A stretch of 50,131 nt of DNA, the filler included, from Sphacelaria rigidula (taxonomy: Eukaryota): the NCBI GenBank assembly GCA_964200075.2. It is 3 parts of 3 records of this genome, joined end to end, with 100 filler letters (N's around TTAATTAATTAA, not from the genome) between each part and the next. Parts side by side here need not be neighbours in the genome. Positions count along the whole stretch, not along the records: positions 16,747 to 33,389 come from CAXNAA020001292.1; positions 33,490 to 50,131 come from CAXNAA020001293.1; 1 more part is not named here. One strand, written 5' to 3'. The position numbers and the translations under genes are program-made. The notes beneath the pieces were generated by a model, which was given only the letters and a program-made list of their open reading frames with translations, did no database searches and had not been told where the DNA came from. Below, one piece after another: positions 23,497 to 35,099 of the stretch (position 1 is the first letter of the stretch; each line of letters opens with the position of its first letter).

Positions 23497-26400
23497 TTGG
23501 CATCTATCGAGCGCCGCCTCGGAGACCAACTGGGGGTGGCTGGAGAGATCTGGCACCGGAGCCGGGCTCGGACGTCGTGGCCACCCGAGGTACTGTTGGA
23601 CACCGGGGCAGGTGGGGGCAATTACGTGTCTGCGTTTTTGTGGCGTTGCCTCATAAAAGCAGAAGTAATACAAGTCAAGCTCGGCACGAACAACGCTGGC
23701 GCTCTTCGCGCCGCCAACCCCTCGCAGAGCAAGGTACCACCGATGTCTATAGTTGGATCAGTTACGGTACTCATCTTGTTCGTTAAATCTGATCGCGTTC
23801 GTAAAATAGTAGTCAGAGCGGTAGAGGACCTACCTTGTGGGCTCATTTTGGGGGCCGAGTTTTCCGGGGCAAATCGTAGCAGTCAGGAATTCAAAGTAGG
23901 AGGAGGGTTGCGCCCTACCCTATCCGCACCGTGGATTCCGTTTTCGACTAACGATAGCCCCCGACATGCCGCCCAGAATACTCTCTGCCCTGGACCTGCT
24001 CAAGAAAGTCCGTTAGCTAGTCACGCCTTCCCTCGCGCCCTGTAAGTTCCCCAGTTACGGTGCCGTTGTCTGGGAAGACCACGGCACGACGGAGTGGAAC
24101 GTGAGGCTGGCCGAGCGTTCCATCTCCATCGATGGGTTTGTGAGTATGGCGATGGAAACGGTGAGTATGGAACCCCAACTGCAGGACAGGCAGCGAATTT
24201 TGATGCTGTCCTTGGCTAGGTGCGATCTGGACGGTGAAGCGTTGGTAGGGACAGCCAAAGGAGTGTTGTAGTGGGCACCGGGATTTCCGGGTCACTGTCA
24301 GTTGGTAAACAGAGGTAAAGATAGGGCTGAAGTGAAAACCTCCGGGACGATCGCGCGCATGATACCCCTCAACGTGCGCGATCCTGCTCGCTTTCACTCA
24401 CTTTTCGACGACACGCCGTCAACAGTAGACCAACCTACCTTGCTCACACCCCCTTCATCCCCCGAGGGTGACCAACTACCCTCAGAACCCAGCCAGGTCC
24501 GGGTATCGAATGCAAACATGGGACAGCCTGGGGGAGCAGAGAAGGCGGAACTTGTACGCGTCCAACGGGATTTCATGGAAGCAGGATTGTTTCTCACGGA
24601 TCCCAAGCGGATGTCAGCCTGGATCAATGGTGAGCTAGAATTGTGATCGACGAAGCTAGCACACCTTTTGCCGCGAAACAACGCCGTTTCTCCCTGAAAA
24701 AACGCCGAATGATTAGAGAAGAAATTCATGAGCTTCTTAACCGCGACGTTATCCGTCCCTCAACTTCCCCCTGGGCTGCGCAATGTCTACGTGTCAGGGA
24801 GAACGATGGTACCTTGCGCCTGTGCATCGACTGGCGTGCTCTGAACAAGCTTCAAGTGTCTGATAGCGGTGGGCTGGGTAACACGCAGTCCATATTTGAT
24901 GGTCTCAGGCAAGAGATATTTCACGCAACTAGGCCAAGTCTCAGGATTTCATCAAATTGAAACTGCTGAGAAAGACCCCTACAAAACGGCGTTCAGAAAT
25001 GTAGACAGCCTCCTCTTCGGGTTCACCATGGCAGGTTTTGGACTGAAAGTGGTCCCGGCGGCGTTCACTCGTGAAGTGAAAACAACGATAGGCAACCTGA
25101 CTGGCGTACACAGCTGGCTTGATGACATCCTCATAGCCAGCCCTTCGTGGGACGAACACTTGGCTCTACTCACCATGAACTTGGCTCTACTCACCATGAA
25201 CTTGGCTCTACTTACCATGATATTGCAACGATTGTCGACTGCAGGATTCGCGGTGAACTTTGCCAAATACAGCTTTGCAGCACCGTCCCAGGAGTTCCTC
25301 GGCATGTTGATCGATAGTACAGGCATACAACCGGCCCCGACCAAACTCACGGCAGTCGCTAAGATGCCACGTCCACACACTGCTGAGGAACTCCGTTCAT
25401 TTCTCGAGAAGTACAGCATAATATCCGCCCCGTTAACCAACATTCTTCGCAACAAAGAATTTGCCTCACGTCGTGCACGAAACTTGACCATTCCGTGGGG
25501 TGATGACCAGGAAGCAGCGTTCCAGGCACTCAAGTCTTCCCTAGCATCACCAACGATACTCGCTTTCCCCGACCTGAACAGCACGTTCGGATTGCAGACG
25601 GATGCCTGCACGGTGGGTGCGGGGGCCACTCCCTCACAGCCAGTGGGGGACGAGTCTCGCATCATCGCATTTGCGAGTCATCCGTTCTCACGTACAGACT
25701 AGCGCCGACCACCCGCGAAGAGGGAATGTATGACCGTGATACCAAAACTTTAGACGGTACCTAGCGGGCAGGAAGTTTAGACTAGTCACCGACTGTTGCG
25801 CGCCGATGTGGTTGTTTCGTAGTCGTGATCTGTGTCCCTAGCTACACATGTGGGCGCTCCGACTCATGGAGTACGATATGGAACTTCGATAGCGGGAGGA
25901 AACCCGACACGTGTTTCCTGACGCCATGTCCCGTCTCCGGCATCAACAGGAAGCAGGAGACGACACAGACGACTCATTTCCCGACGATTTCACCTTCGGC
26001 ACAACCTCAGAAGCCGCAAGGTCCCGCGGTCCACAACTGCACGGGAAATGGTTGTCAGAGTTGTCAGCCTACGGTTTCAAGAGAGAACATATGGTTGTAG
26101 CCGAGGCGAGATACCTAGGCACCTTGCAAACACTCCCTTTCGCTGACTGCGCGTCACTAGAAGACGAATCACCCCGTCGTTCCCCCAGAATTCGCCGAAC
26201 ATCCGTGCGTTTGCAGTTGCCCGGCGCTGCTCGCATACGTACCGTGCCTACAGATGTTCAGATGAATCTTCAGCCGCCGGTAGGTCTCACGCCTATTTAA
26301 GTCCCCATGATCGAGCCTACCCAAATCACCCCTGCCCCAATCAGCCAGCGGCTGGAAGTGGAAGAGGTGCTCACTGCTGGGGGGGATAGTCCGTCGACTC

Positions 26401-27765
26401 CGGTGAAAACCGCACCAGACACGTCGGCAGTCGAGAAGGCGATACAGATGTTGACAACCGCACCCGCGCTGAAACGTCAACAGGAGGAGGACGCCTTCTT
26501 GGGGCAGGTTAGATCGATACTGGGGGGAGAGAAGGCGCACGGTGCGAGTGACAAAGATTGCGAGAGTACGGTAGGTGCCAACGACGTGCAGGGGGGAGAG
26601 GAGGTACCCAATACGAGTGAGGCAGACTGCGAGAGTATGGTGAGTGCCGACAAGGTGCAGGGGGGAGAAGAGATGTCCAATACGAGTGATGCAGACTGCG
26701 AGAGTCTGGTGAGTGCCGAGGGGGAGAGGAGGTGCCCAATAAGAAAAATAACGTCAAGAGCCCGGTGAGTGACGACGTTGCACACAAATACAGTCTGGAC
26801 GATCAAGGTGTGGCGTGGTTTACGAAAGACACCGCGAGACCGTTGCTGGCCATCCCCTCTGCTATGGTACCCGACATCTTGACTTTGGTACACCCTACGG
26901 TCATGCTGGAGTAGGCGCCACGCTGTCCTTGATGCGAGATCGTTTTTTCTGGCCGTCGATGATCACGGATATCAGGCAATACGTGATATCTTGCAGCTGT
27001 AGGAGGAGAAAGAAGGCTGGTAGCCGCAAGGTTGCCATGACCCCTGGACGAGCAGTAGACTCATGGGAAAAGTTGGAGATGGACTTGCTGAGCGTAGACA
27101 CTGCATCGTATACGAACAACAAGAACATTTTCTTCATTGTAGATCGAGCCTCTAAGTTTCCATTCGGCTTCCCGCTCCAGACAGAGCAGGCTGAAAGTGT
27201 AGCTCGCATCCTTGCCGAGCAATGCCTGACATTCGGCGTGCCTAAAAAAATCCGCAGTGACGGAGGAAAGGAATTTAGAGCCTAGGTGGTGACGCACCTA
27301 TGCAGGTGGCTGAAAGCAGACATTGCTTTTGGATCCTCCGATCACCTCAGAAAACAAGAAGCAGTCAGGAGGTTGGGAGGATGGCTACTAGACATGCTGG
27401 CGGAGCTGTGTGAGTCGTGGCCCCAGAGATGGGACGAGTATGTCTCCCCAGCACTCTGGATCGACCGTACCTTGCCTGACGTTTCCCCCCCTCCGACATG
27501 TCCCCGTTCGAGTATTTGTTCGGTCGCAAGCCCCGCACGTCTCTAGGTTCGCTTGTTCCCCTACATCATGAGGTGGAATCGAGTAAAGGACTGGATGCCT
27601 TCGTGAACTTCGTGAAGCAGCGCAGATAGGACCTCAACGAGGTACATCTAGCTCTTGAAAAGAGGCACGCCGCGAAGGAATCGACTCGTGCGAAAATGAG
27701 CGCCTCCATCATCAGACCATCCCCCGGAGTGTCTGCTAGAGAATAGATCTAGTCATGGAACGCGA
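23497..27765 (+). pseudogene. pol: Disrupted Gypsy pol: aspartic protease, reverse transcriptase, RNase H, integrase
   Basis: Protease LLDTGAG; RT IRPSTSPWAA, LRLCIDWRALN, GFHQI, KTAF, WLDDILI, FLG; RNase H LQTDAC; integrase H..GHAG...FFWPSM..DI..YV.SC.C, MDLL, IVDRASKF, IRSDGGKEF. Multiple stops and frameshifts. Confidence 0.93.
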
Positions 27766-27904
27766 GTACCGAGCTTTCCCCTGCACTGTTGATTTGCACG
27801 TTTTTCTCGTTTCATTTTTCAGGCGTCGATGAGCAGGCTTCGTTTTCCCGACCCTTCCAGCCCTCAAGATGTTTTTCTTAGCCTTATATATAAGGCTGGG
27901 GGAG

Positions 27905-28360
27905 TGTTCCGAATTTATTGCTGATTTTCCAGTCAAGTAGACTCTTTGTGTCATACTTTAGCTATGCTTAGTCCAACAGGTCATGTGCCATTTTTGAGTC
28001 TGCGTTTTTCTGGTGAAGAGCTGACTCCAGGGCTTCCACAGTCTTTGAGGAACTCATCTCAAACCACTTTAGCAGCTACTAGCCTGTTCGCCGATAATAC
28101 AAGAACCATCCACGCCATCTACGGATCGCGATATCAGAGGTGTCTCAGGTTTTCTAATCTAAGCCTGACTTCCCTGCAACGGATGTTGTTTCAACATCTT
28201 TGCTGGCCAGGTGCATGCCACCCGACTATATGAACATCTCCCTGATATGTAAGTCGAACTCAAAACGAATCGATGCCCTTGAATATGGTTGACCACGACT
28301 GCGCGGGTGCCCAAGGACTGGCACCCTTCACCCCTAGACGGTGGCCATCGATTCATGACA
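27905..28360 (+). repeat. 3' LTR (456 bp)
   Basis: TG...CA termini, preceded by a PPT-like tract, homologous to 20233-21010. Confidence 0.85.
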
Positions 28361-30280
28361 TACATACCCGTGCCGTAGTCGGCACAGCACAGACAGTACC
28401 CGACAACTGTGATGGTTGGTGGATATCATCATGAGTATTGACCGTGTCACCAACTGCATGTAGTATGGTGGTACGACGGCTCCACAACCCGTAGCTAGCG
28501 GAGTCTTCGACAAAGATACAGCCACGAGTGCTTCGCTGTGTGATATAGACGCCCCAAAATTCGAACACCATCACGTTGATCATGGATATAGTAGACTGGG
28601 ACACTGACCTACAATCCAAAAAAAGTGAGTTCGGTCTGACTGAATGCCCGGCGACCATATCATCATGGGCCCATCAACGCGTGCAATTGCCATATTCTAA
28701 AATGGCCGCGGGACCATCAGATGAGATTCCCGTATCGGAAAGCAAGCTGTTGACTCTTTATGGCTTGTTTTCAGATTTATGTTCACTATCGCCGTTGTGA
28801 TCAGATGGTGGCATACGATAGCGGGTGGTAGTCATCTCTCATTTCGCCACAGTTTCAGCGTAAAGCAAAGTGACCCCTTCCGGACGGCTTACGGAACTCA
28901 CGGAACTTCCGCTAGGAACTTGAGATCAGAAACCTTCATTCATCGCCCACAGCAAGTCGAAAACACATGCTGTACCGTGTGCAAAACCGTGCAGACCCCT
29001 TGATTCACAAGTAAAATCTCGAGAGTCCATCAAGAAGCGCAAAGCCATTATTTGTTGACCAAGGTGTGCACGGTTTCGTGCGGCGGAGGAGGGGGGTGGC
29101 GGAGGGGACTCATGACCTAGAGTTTGACTGCGCGCACACCAAAATACGTGAAAATGTGCCGGAATTCCTCTGTACGTACATATTTCATACACCCGACCAT
29201 TTGATTCCATATATTTTCCCTCTAGGATTGTCATAAGAAAGTGATATTATTTTCGTAACCACCGCAACATTGTGTATAACCACCCTTTCAAGCCACACAA
29301 CGCACAAAACGCCTTCGGTCGCCGAAACAGCTGCGTCAACACCCACCTCCGGCTTCAAGCCACAAACACGTCAAGTTTCAGTGTCACTCCAAGCCACGTG
29401 CGCTTTGTTTTGGTGCATAATATCCGAAAATAGAAAATACCGCCTCAATAGGGAATGAAAATAATCTAAAATTAATTTGTTTGTTTTTGGGAGTTGTTGT
29501 GGTTGTGGGGGATGGGGGTGGATTTTTTTTTTTTTTGGAAAAAGGGAACACAATATATTATTGAGAATGAACAACACTGACTTACCCCGCGAGCAACTTC
29601 ATGTGCCCATTACCCGAGGCTCGGCTAGACCGCCTCAAGACAACAGTCATGTGGGGTACCGTGTGCATCGGCTTGCACAACTCATCGCTGCTCCATCCCC
29701 CGGCACTGAAAAAACTGTCCTGTTTCTGAAAAAAAGGCCGACTAAACACCAGTTAATCTCCAAAGGGTGTGTTGGGTGGGGTGGGTACCCGGGTATTTAC
29801 TCTCCCGAAGTTTGTGCTGCGATGGTCCGATCTTCAAACTCTCCTCAAATAATCAATGGGGAGAGTTAGGTACGATAGCAATACCCCACCCATTATCTGG
29901 GTAATGTTGCGTACGATCTCAATACGTTACCCGCGTTTCGGGCACTTCGAGTACGATCTTCCGAAATACCCACATGTACTGGGTAAGTAAGTACCCTACC
30001 CGACAGACCCTCGCAACCTTTACTTTTCTATCATCTCGTGATACGCAACATGACACCAGAGCCGAGGAAACATTTAGTGTGGTGATTTCATCTGGCAACA
30101 CCTACTACGACCAAAATAGAAGTCCTTCACGTACCGTTCAGCACAAGAAAAAAGAAGAATGAAAGCCTACAATAAGTCCCAAAACAAAGTCTTACTTGTT
30201 TCCGTTTCTCTCTTACTGTCACCCTAACCTCCAACATGCCCTAAAAACATTTTTTTTTCACATTTTTTTTTTTTTTTTAC

Positions 30281-30425
30281 CTAAGTGCCGCATCGGCATC
30301 CAGGATCGCCAATCCGAAGTTCTCGAGCTTCACGTAGCAGTACGCCCTGTTGCTGAGGTAGATGGCCGTCGGGTGCAAGTCGATCGCCTCGGAATACTTG
30401 GCCACGGCCTGATTGATCTTCCCAT
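30281..30425 (-). CDS. PP5: Serine/threonine protein phosphatase 5, TPR-domain exon (GKINQAVAKYSEAIDLHPTAIYLSNRAYCYVKLENFGLAILDADAAL)
   Basis: Acceptor aatcag|AT and donor AG|gtaaaa, 145 nt. It resembles PP5 TPR1-2 (AIYYGNRSLAYLRTECYGYALGDA) and splices in frame to 18038-18131. The catalytic domain is not in this contig. Confidence 0.85.
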
Positions 30426-30751
30426 CTGATTTCGACGAGCCGAGCCGAGTCAGGCGGCGCAATCGCAGGAAATCCCAACCACCACACGTCACCATCACCA
30501 ACAATAGGGTAAAATCGAGGAGAGAGAAAAAGAAGAAAAAAAACAGGGTAAGCCGGGAGGAAGGAAAAAGAAAAACTTGGGTTAAAATTCAAGACGTTTT
30601 TTAATAATTTGTTTGATTTGCTTCCCTCCTCCTCTCCCCCCTGTTGTTGTTGTTATTGCTGCTGCTGTTTCTGCTGCAAAAAATATATCGTCAGTCTTGT
30701 CGTGCTCTGCTCGGTTTTGAGACACGGTACAGTAAGAACTCATGGTCGTCT

Positions 30752-31175
30752 ACGTTTTTTATTCATGAAACTGTACGGTGTTTTTTGGGTGAAGAGAATG
30801 TGTTTGAAATTTGCAGCTCGTGCTTGAACCATGCCGCCGAACGGCTGCAAAAATAGTAGTCGGCCCAAAAAATGCTCGTTTTTTGTCCGTTTCCGAGGGG
30901 AAAAAAAGCGTCGTTTCATTTTTTTTAATCGCCCCCGCCTTCACTGAGGCTTGCTGCCAGGGAATCCTGGGCGATTAGAAAATAAAAATAAAAATAAAAA
31001 TAAAAATAAAAAATCGACACTTCATGTCCCCTCGGAAAAGGGCAAAAAACGGCCATTTTTGGGCCGACTACTTTTCTTTGCAGCCGTTCGGGGTCATGGT
31101 TCAAGCACGAGCTGCAAATTTTGAACACATTTTCTTAACCCAAAAAACACCGTAGAGTTCATTAAAAAAAAAACG
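30752..31175. mobile_element. Palindromic foldback MITE (~180-bp arms)
   Basis: aatttgcagctcgtgcttgaaccatg vs catggttcaagcacgagctgcaaatt, and agtagtcggcccaaaaa vs tttttgggccgactact. Contains an (AAAAAT)n tract. Confidence 0.85.
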
Positions 31176-31231
31176 ATCGGACATCGTTGAGGGCCCCTAC
31201 AAATTTAGGTACCTTTACTTATGGGACAGAG

Positions 31232-31390
31232 GAAGTATGCCTTTAGCGACTATTGTTGGTCTGATGTAATAGACCAAAAATGCATAGGATAAAGTATAGG
31301 CCTATGGCAACTATTGTTGGTCTGATGCAACAGACCAAAAATGTACCGAACAAAGTATAGGCATATTGCAACTATTGTTGGTCGACAATA
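31232..31390. repeat. ~60-bp tandem repeat, about 2.5 units (AAGTATAGGC.TAT.GCAACTATTGTTGGTCTGATG.AA.AGACCAAAAATG)
   Basis: Visible directly in three consecutive 60-nt lines. Confidence 0.85.
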
Positions 31391-31906
31391 CAGTAGTTGC
31401 AAAAGGTCTATACTTCATCCAGTACATTTTGGTCTATTGAATCTATTTGACCATATTTTGTCCAGGGTGTGCAACACCTGCAGCCTATCCCGTGAGGTTC
31501 AGGTGCAACGCCTGGCCGACGACTCGGAGAGAAAAACGGGGAGACGTTGGGCGAGGAAGTGCAATTTTGCCTCAGTTTGGTGTGTTCCAACAACCCTCGC
31601 ATACGCGGGCCAGATTAATGGTGTCACAAGCGACCGCCGTTCTCGTGCTACATCGCTACTGAAGTCATGAATAGATCATGACAGGACTGGAGCAGATGGC
31701 TTGGTTGTTTCAACACACAAAACCTCGTCAATTCAAGGTCTTGATCCTTTTGGGACCGGACTTCCAGAACCACCAATGAGGCTGGTTGGGATTGACGTGT
31801 CTGGCGTCTGCACGAAACAGTGGCTCCACGTTGCTCGAAATCCGCGTATGTAACCGCAGGGTTTTGAGGAAGACCGAAAGTTTCATCCAATCTATTTCAA
31901 GATGCA

Positions 31907-32250
31907 GGGTGCCCTGGTGGCTCAGTTGTAGCCTCGAAACCTTCTGACGGTTTGGTCGTGGGTTTGAATCTCGGAGTAATCTGGATTTTTTTCTCACACC
32001 ATGCCAAACAGTAGAGTACGACCATGTCGTGGGTACACAAAATTCGCCTTACCGTTCGACGAGGAAAAGGGAGTGCTGAACCCCTCTCGTGAAAAAAATA
32101 AAAAGAAAGCACCGCAGAAGGACGGTGGGGTACTAGAAGAAAAAAAACTCCTGTGTGGACCTTCCTCCTGTGTGACCCCGGCTGGTGCGCCCACATGTAC
32201 CGAAAGGTGTAGACGGGCATCCAGAATAGGTGGGACGAAACACACACAGG
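31907..32250 (+). mobile_element. tRNA-derived SINE (family A), copy 1
   Basis: A-box TGGCTCAGTTG, B-box GGTTTGAATC, body homologous to 33948-34303, (AC)n tail. Confidence 0.8.
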
Positions 32251-33340
32251 GTGCGCATTAGGTTATGTACATCTGATGTAGCAAGCAGTATGGATCGCGG
32301 TAGGGAGCTTCCAACAGGATACGGCGATCGGGAGGCCACCCGCCACTTGTGCCTTTGGATGATACTTTTGTCCCTTTCACTTCGCCACACAGCTCTTTGT
32401 GGTCAGGGTTGGCCGCCATTTCCCCCTTCGTTGCATGCGGCAAATTCTTTTCGAAGAGTATGGGCGTTGCTGCGCGCATACATACAGACAGTATGGTGCA
32501 GCACGCCTCCCCGACTGCAGCTGCAGCTGCCGCTACCGCTGCATACTCACTTGCACGTTCTGGGCAGCTCCCAGCTACCGAGATCAACTGTCTAGATACC
32601 GCTCCCTCATCCCCGCCCACTACATACATGCTAACTGCACACTACAAGGCATCGGCGGAGGGACAGGCATAATTCATGACGGTAGCTCCTCTTGTCTTCT
32701 TACGGCCCACCTGGGTTAAGTGTCTCGTGATAATGACCACATTGTAGCATGTACGCTCCTTCCCAGTTTTCCCACTCCACCCTGTGTTAGTGTAATTACT
32801 ATGTTTCAGTACAGAATGGCGACCCGAAAACACTCCCGGGAAATCCCGCGAAACCTATACTGAATGCAAGTAATACGATAAGCCATGCTGCATGCTGCGA
32901 CCATCCGGCATTTGGAAACCTGGGAAGGCTTATCTGGCTCAGGGATAGAGCCCCCACACGATCTTTGCAGTGATATCACACTCAGCAACAGCCCCCGCGC
33001 TGGTCGTTCGAGTCCGGTCGATAAATTTCGCCTCGCCGTGATTGGGCAGGTCGCTCCCTAACTTATTTTCATTTTTTCACCAACACAGGGTCAACCCTGT
33101 GTTAATGGGGGGTCGGTCCAGAACGGGTTGAGGCGTGTCTTGGCATATGTTTTTCGATAATAAAAAAAAAAGAACGGTGGAATGTATTTGAGCGACTTTG
33201 GTCATTTTTCGCGAGGTGGGCCCAAGCGAATTCGCAAGCTTTCGATCGGAAAAAGAGAACGAAGTTCGTGAAACGGTACTTTTGCGCTTGTCCAAAGTAC
33301 AGACAGTACTATACTGTCTGCGTTGTCAGGGATGCGAATC

Positions 33341-33389
33341 GGGGAGGGGGGGTGTACTCATGATCATGCTTGCCATAGTCATCAGACCA
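33341..33389 (-). mobile_element. Retroelement 3' end (…GACTATGGCAAGCATGATCATGAGTACA + C-run) at the contig end
   Basis: Homologous to the ends at 18381-18430 and 2350-2399. Confidence 0.65.
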
Positions 33390-33489
33390 NNNNNNNNNNN
33401 NNNNNNNNNNNNNNNNNNNNNNNNNNNNNNNNNTTAATTAATTAANNNNNNNNNNNNNNNNNNNNNNNNNNNNNNNNNNNNNNNNNNNN
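33390..33489. other. Artificial 100-bp contig linker (N44-TTAATTAATTAA-N44)
   Basis: Identical to 16647-16746. Confidence 0.97.
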
Positions 33490-33849
33490 GGATGCTCCCA
33501 CTAAAACCCCCTATCAACTTGGCGCAGTACACGCGCCGCCCTGCTCCTGAGAGCTTCGGCCCTAGAGAAAGCATGATGATGGTCTGTTCAGCAACACCGA
33601 AATCTGTACACTTGTGAAATTACTCCTATAGTACTACATACCGTACTGTACACAGCAATGCGCACGTGGTAGCAGGCGTATACAGAAATGAACACAAGAA
33701 CAACAGCAACGTAATGAGGAGCAAAGGAGCAGGGATCCATACTGCTGCTTTGCTGTTGTTTAGAGCACCACAGCAGTACTGTAGTAGTGAAGCATCTATC
33801 CGTCAGTAAACGCCCTGATGTCTGGCTTCTCCTCGCCATACACTAGTGT

Positions 33850-33943
33850 AAGGCGCGCACCGGGGGAGAGATGAGTTGATCCCTTGAGACCACGGACTCA
33901 TCCCGAGGAAGGGGAGGGGTTCAAAGTGCGAACAAAAACAAAT
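33850..33943 (+). mobile_element. 3' fragment of SINE family B or its partner LINE
   Basis: GGGGGAGAGATGAGTTGATCCCTTGAGACCACGGACTCATCCCGAGGAAGGGGAGG followed by an A-rich tail. Confidence 0.7.
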
Positions 33944-33947
33944 AGCC

Positions 33948-34303
33948 GGTTGCGCCGGTGGCCCAGTTGGTAACCTCGAAACCCTCTGACGGTCGTGTCG
34001 TGGGTTCGAATCTCGGTGCAGTCACACGATATGGGAGTTTTTCTCACACAATGCCCAACAGTGGAGAACACTATGTCGTGGGTGCACAAAATTCGACTTC
34101 ACGGTCGGCGAGGGAAAGGTGTTGGGCTCCTTTCGCGATAAAAAATAAGGCGAGCACCGCAGAAGGACGGTGGAGTACTGAAACAAAGAGCAAAAGAAAG
34201 CTCCTGTATATGTCTTCCTCTGCTGTGACCCCGGCTGATGCGCCCACATATACCGAAAGGTGTAGACTGGTGTCTAGAATAGATGGGATGCCAACACACA
34301 CAG
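33948..34303 (+). mobile_element. tRNA-derived SINE (family A), copy 2
   Basis: A-box TGGCCCAGTTGG, B-box GGTTCGAATC, colinear with 31907-32250. Confidence 0.82.
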
Positions 34304-35099
34304 GTAGTGCACTTGTTTCTGTTCCCATTATTCCATACTACAGTATATATGAAAATAAAAAAATAAATGGGCTGTGACCCACCGTGACCCAGATTAAGGA
34401 CTTTTAGAACATGACAACTGCGCGCGGCAAGCACCGCAGACCTGGCGTAGTTGTCCATCACATCATCTGCTACCGCCGCAGCACCAGCGGACGGAAAAAC
34501 GCGAGGAGCGCACAAGGCTGTTGCTACAACGTGTGGAAGTACTTGAGCACGTGGAAACTTCCCAATACATCCGGTGAGTGACGAAAGCGTTGCCTCCGGT
34601 GGCATGTGTGTGCTCTACACGCAGCAATTTGTAGCCGCATACCCCTCACGTGCAGCCAGAGTATTCGAGTTATTCTGCGTGGGTTGCGGCAGGGGCGGCG
34701 GCACGTGCTTTGTTCTGCAGTCGGCCGGTGGTGTGCAAATGTTTGGGCCGATGGACCCGCGGTGCATCGAGAACGGCGCGTGTTGTCTGCCCGAACCCGC
34801 CCAGGCTTTTGTTACATCGCACAGGACCCTGTAAAACGGTGAAACGGTGAAACGGTGAAACGAGTCGCCTTGCTCTTGCCTGATGCACTCTCGTACTGTA
34901 GTGCATTGATGAGCAATCATGTTGTCAATATTGTGTGTTGAATAGTTCATTTACCAGGCGCTTTTGTTTCCGCCGATGTATATATATTCTGGACAGAATA
35001 CGGTGTGCACTTTTTACCTCGAGCAACGGTCCGACTATACAATACATTTGTACTGGACTGGGCTGTTACACCGCACGCTCAGTACCAACTGGGTCCTGA

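Larger units (their letters stand above)
20233..28360 (+). mobile_element. Decayed Ty3/Gypsy LTR retrotransposon inside the PP5 intron, antisense to PP5
   Basis: Direct repeats begin TGTTCCG and end GACA. A PBS-like TGGTGCCC is at 21011 and a purine-rich PPT-like tract (AAGGCTGGGGGAG) ends at 27904. Internal order is PR-RT-RH-INT. Flanks TAAA/TACA form an imperfect 4-bp TSD. Confidence 0.88.

Noticed and set aside
24979-25665. 228-aa minus-strand ORF
   Set aside because: It is antisense to the Gypsy RT.
33948-34025. tRNA-like heads here and at 31907 and ~20650-20726 as tRNA genes
   Set aside because: No complete cloverleaf could be formed, and each continues into a repeated body, so they are SINE heads.
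34574-34950. ORFs mirrored at 41943-42522 as duplicated genes
   Set aside because: They lie wholly within the TIRs, differ by an 8-bp repeat indel and show no recognisable domain.
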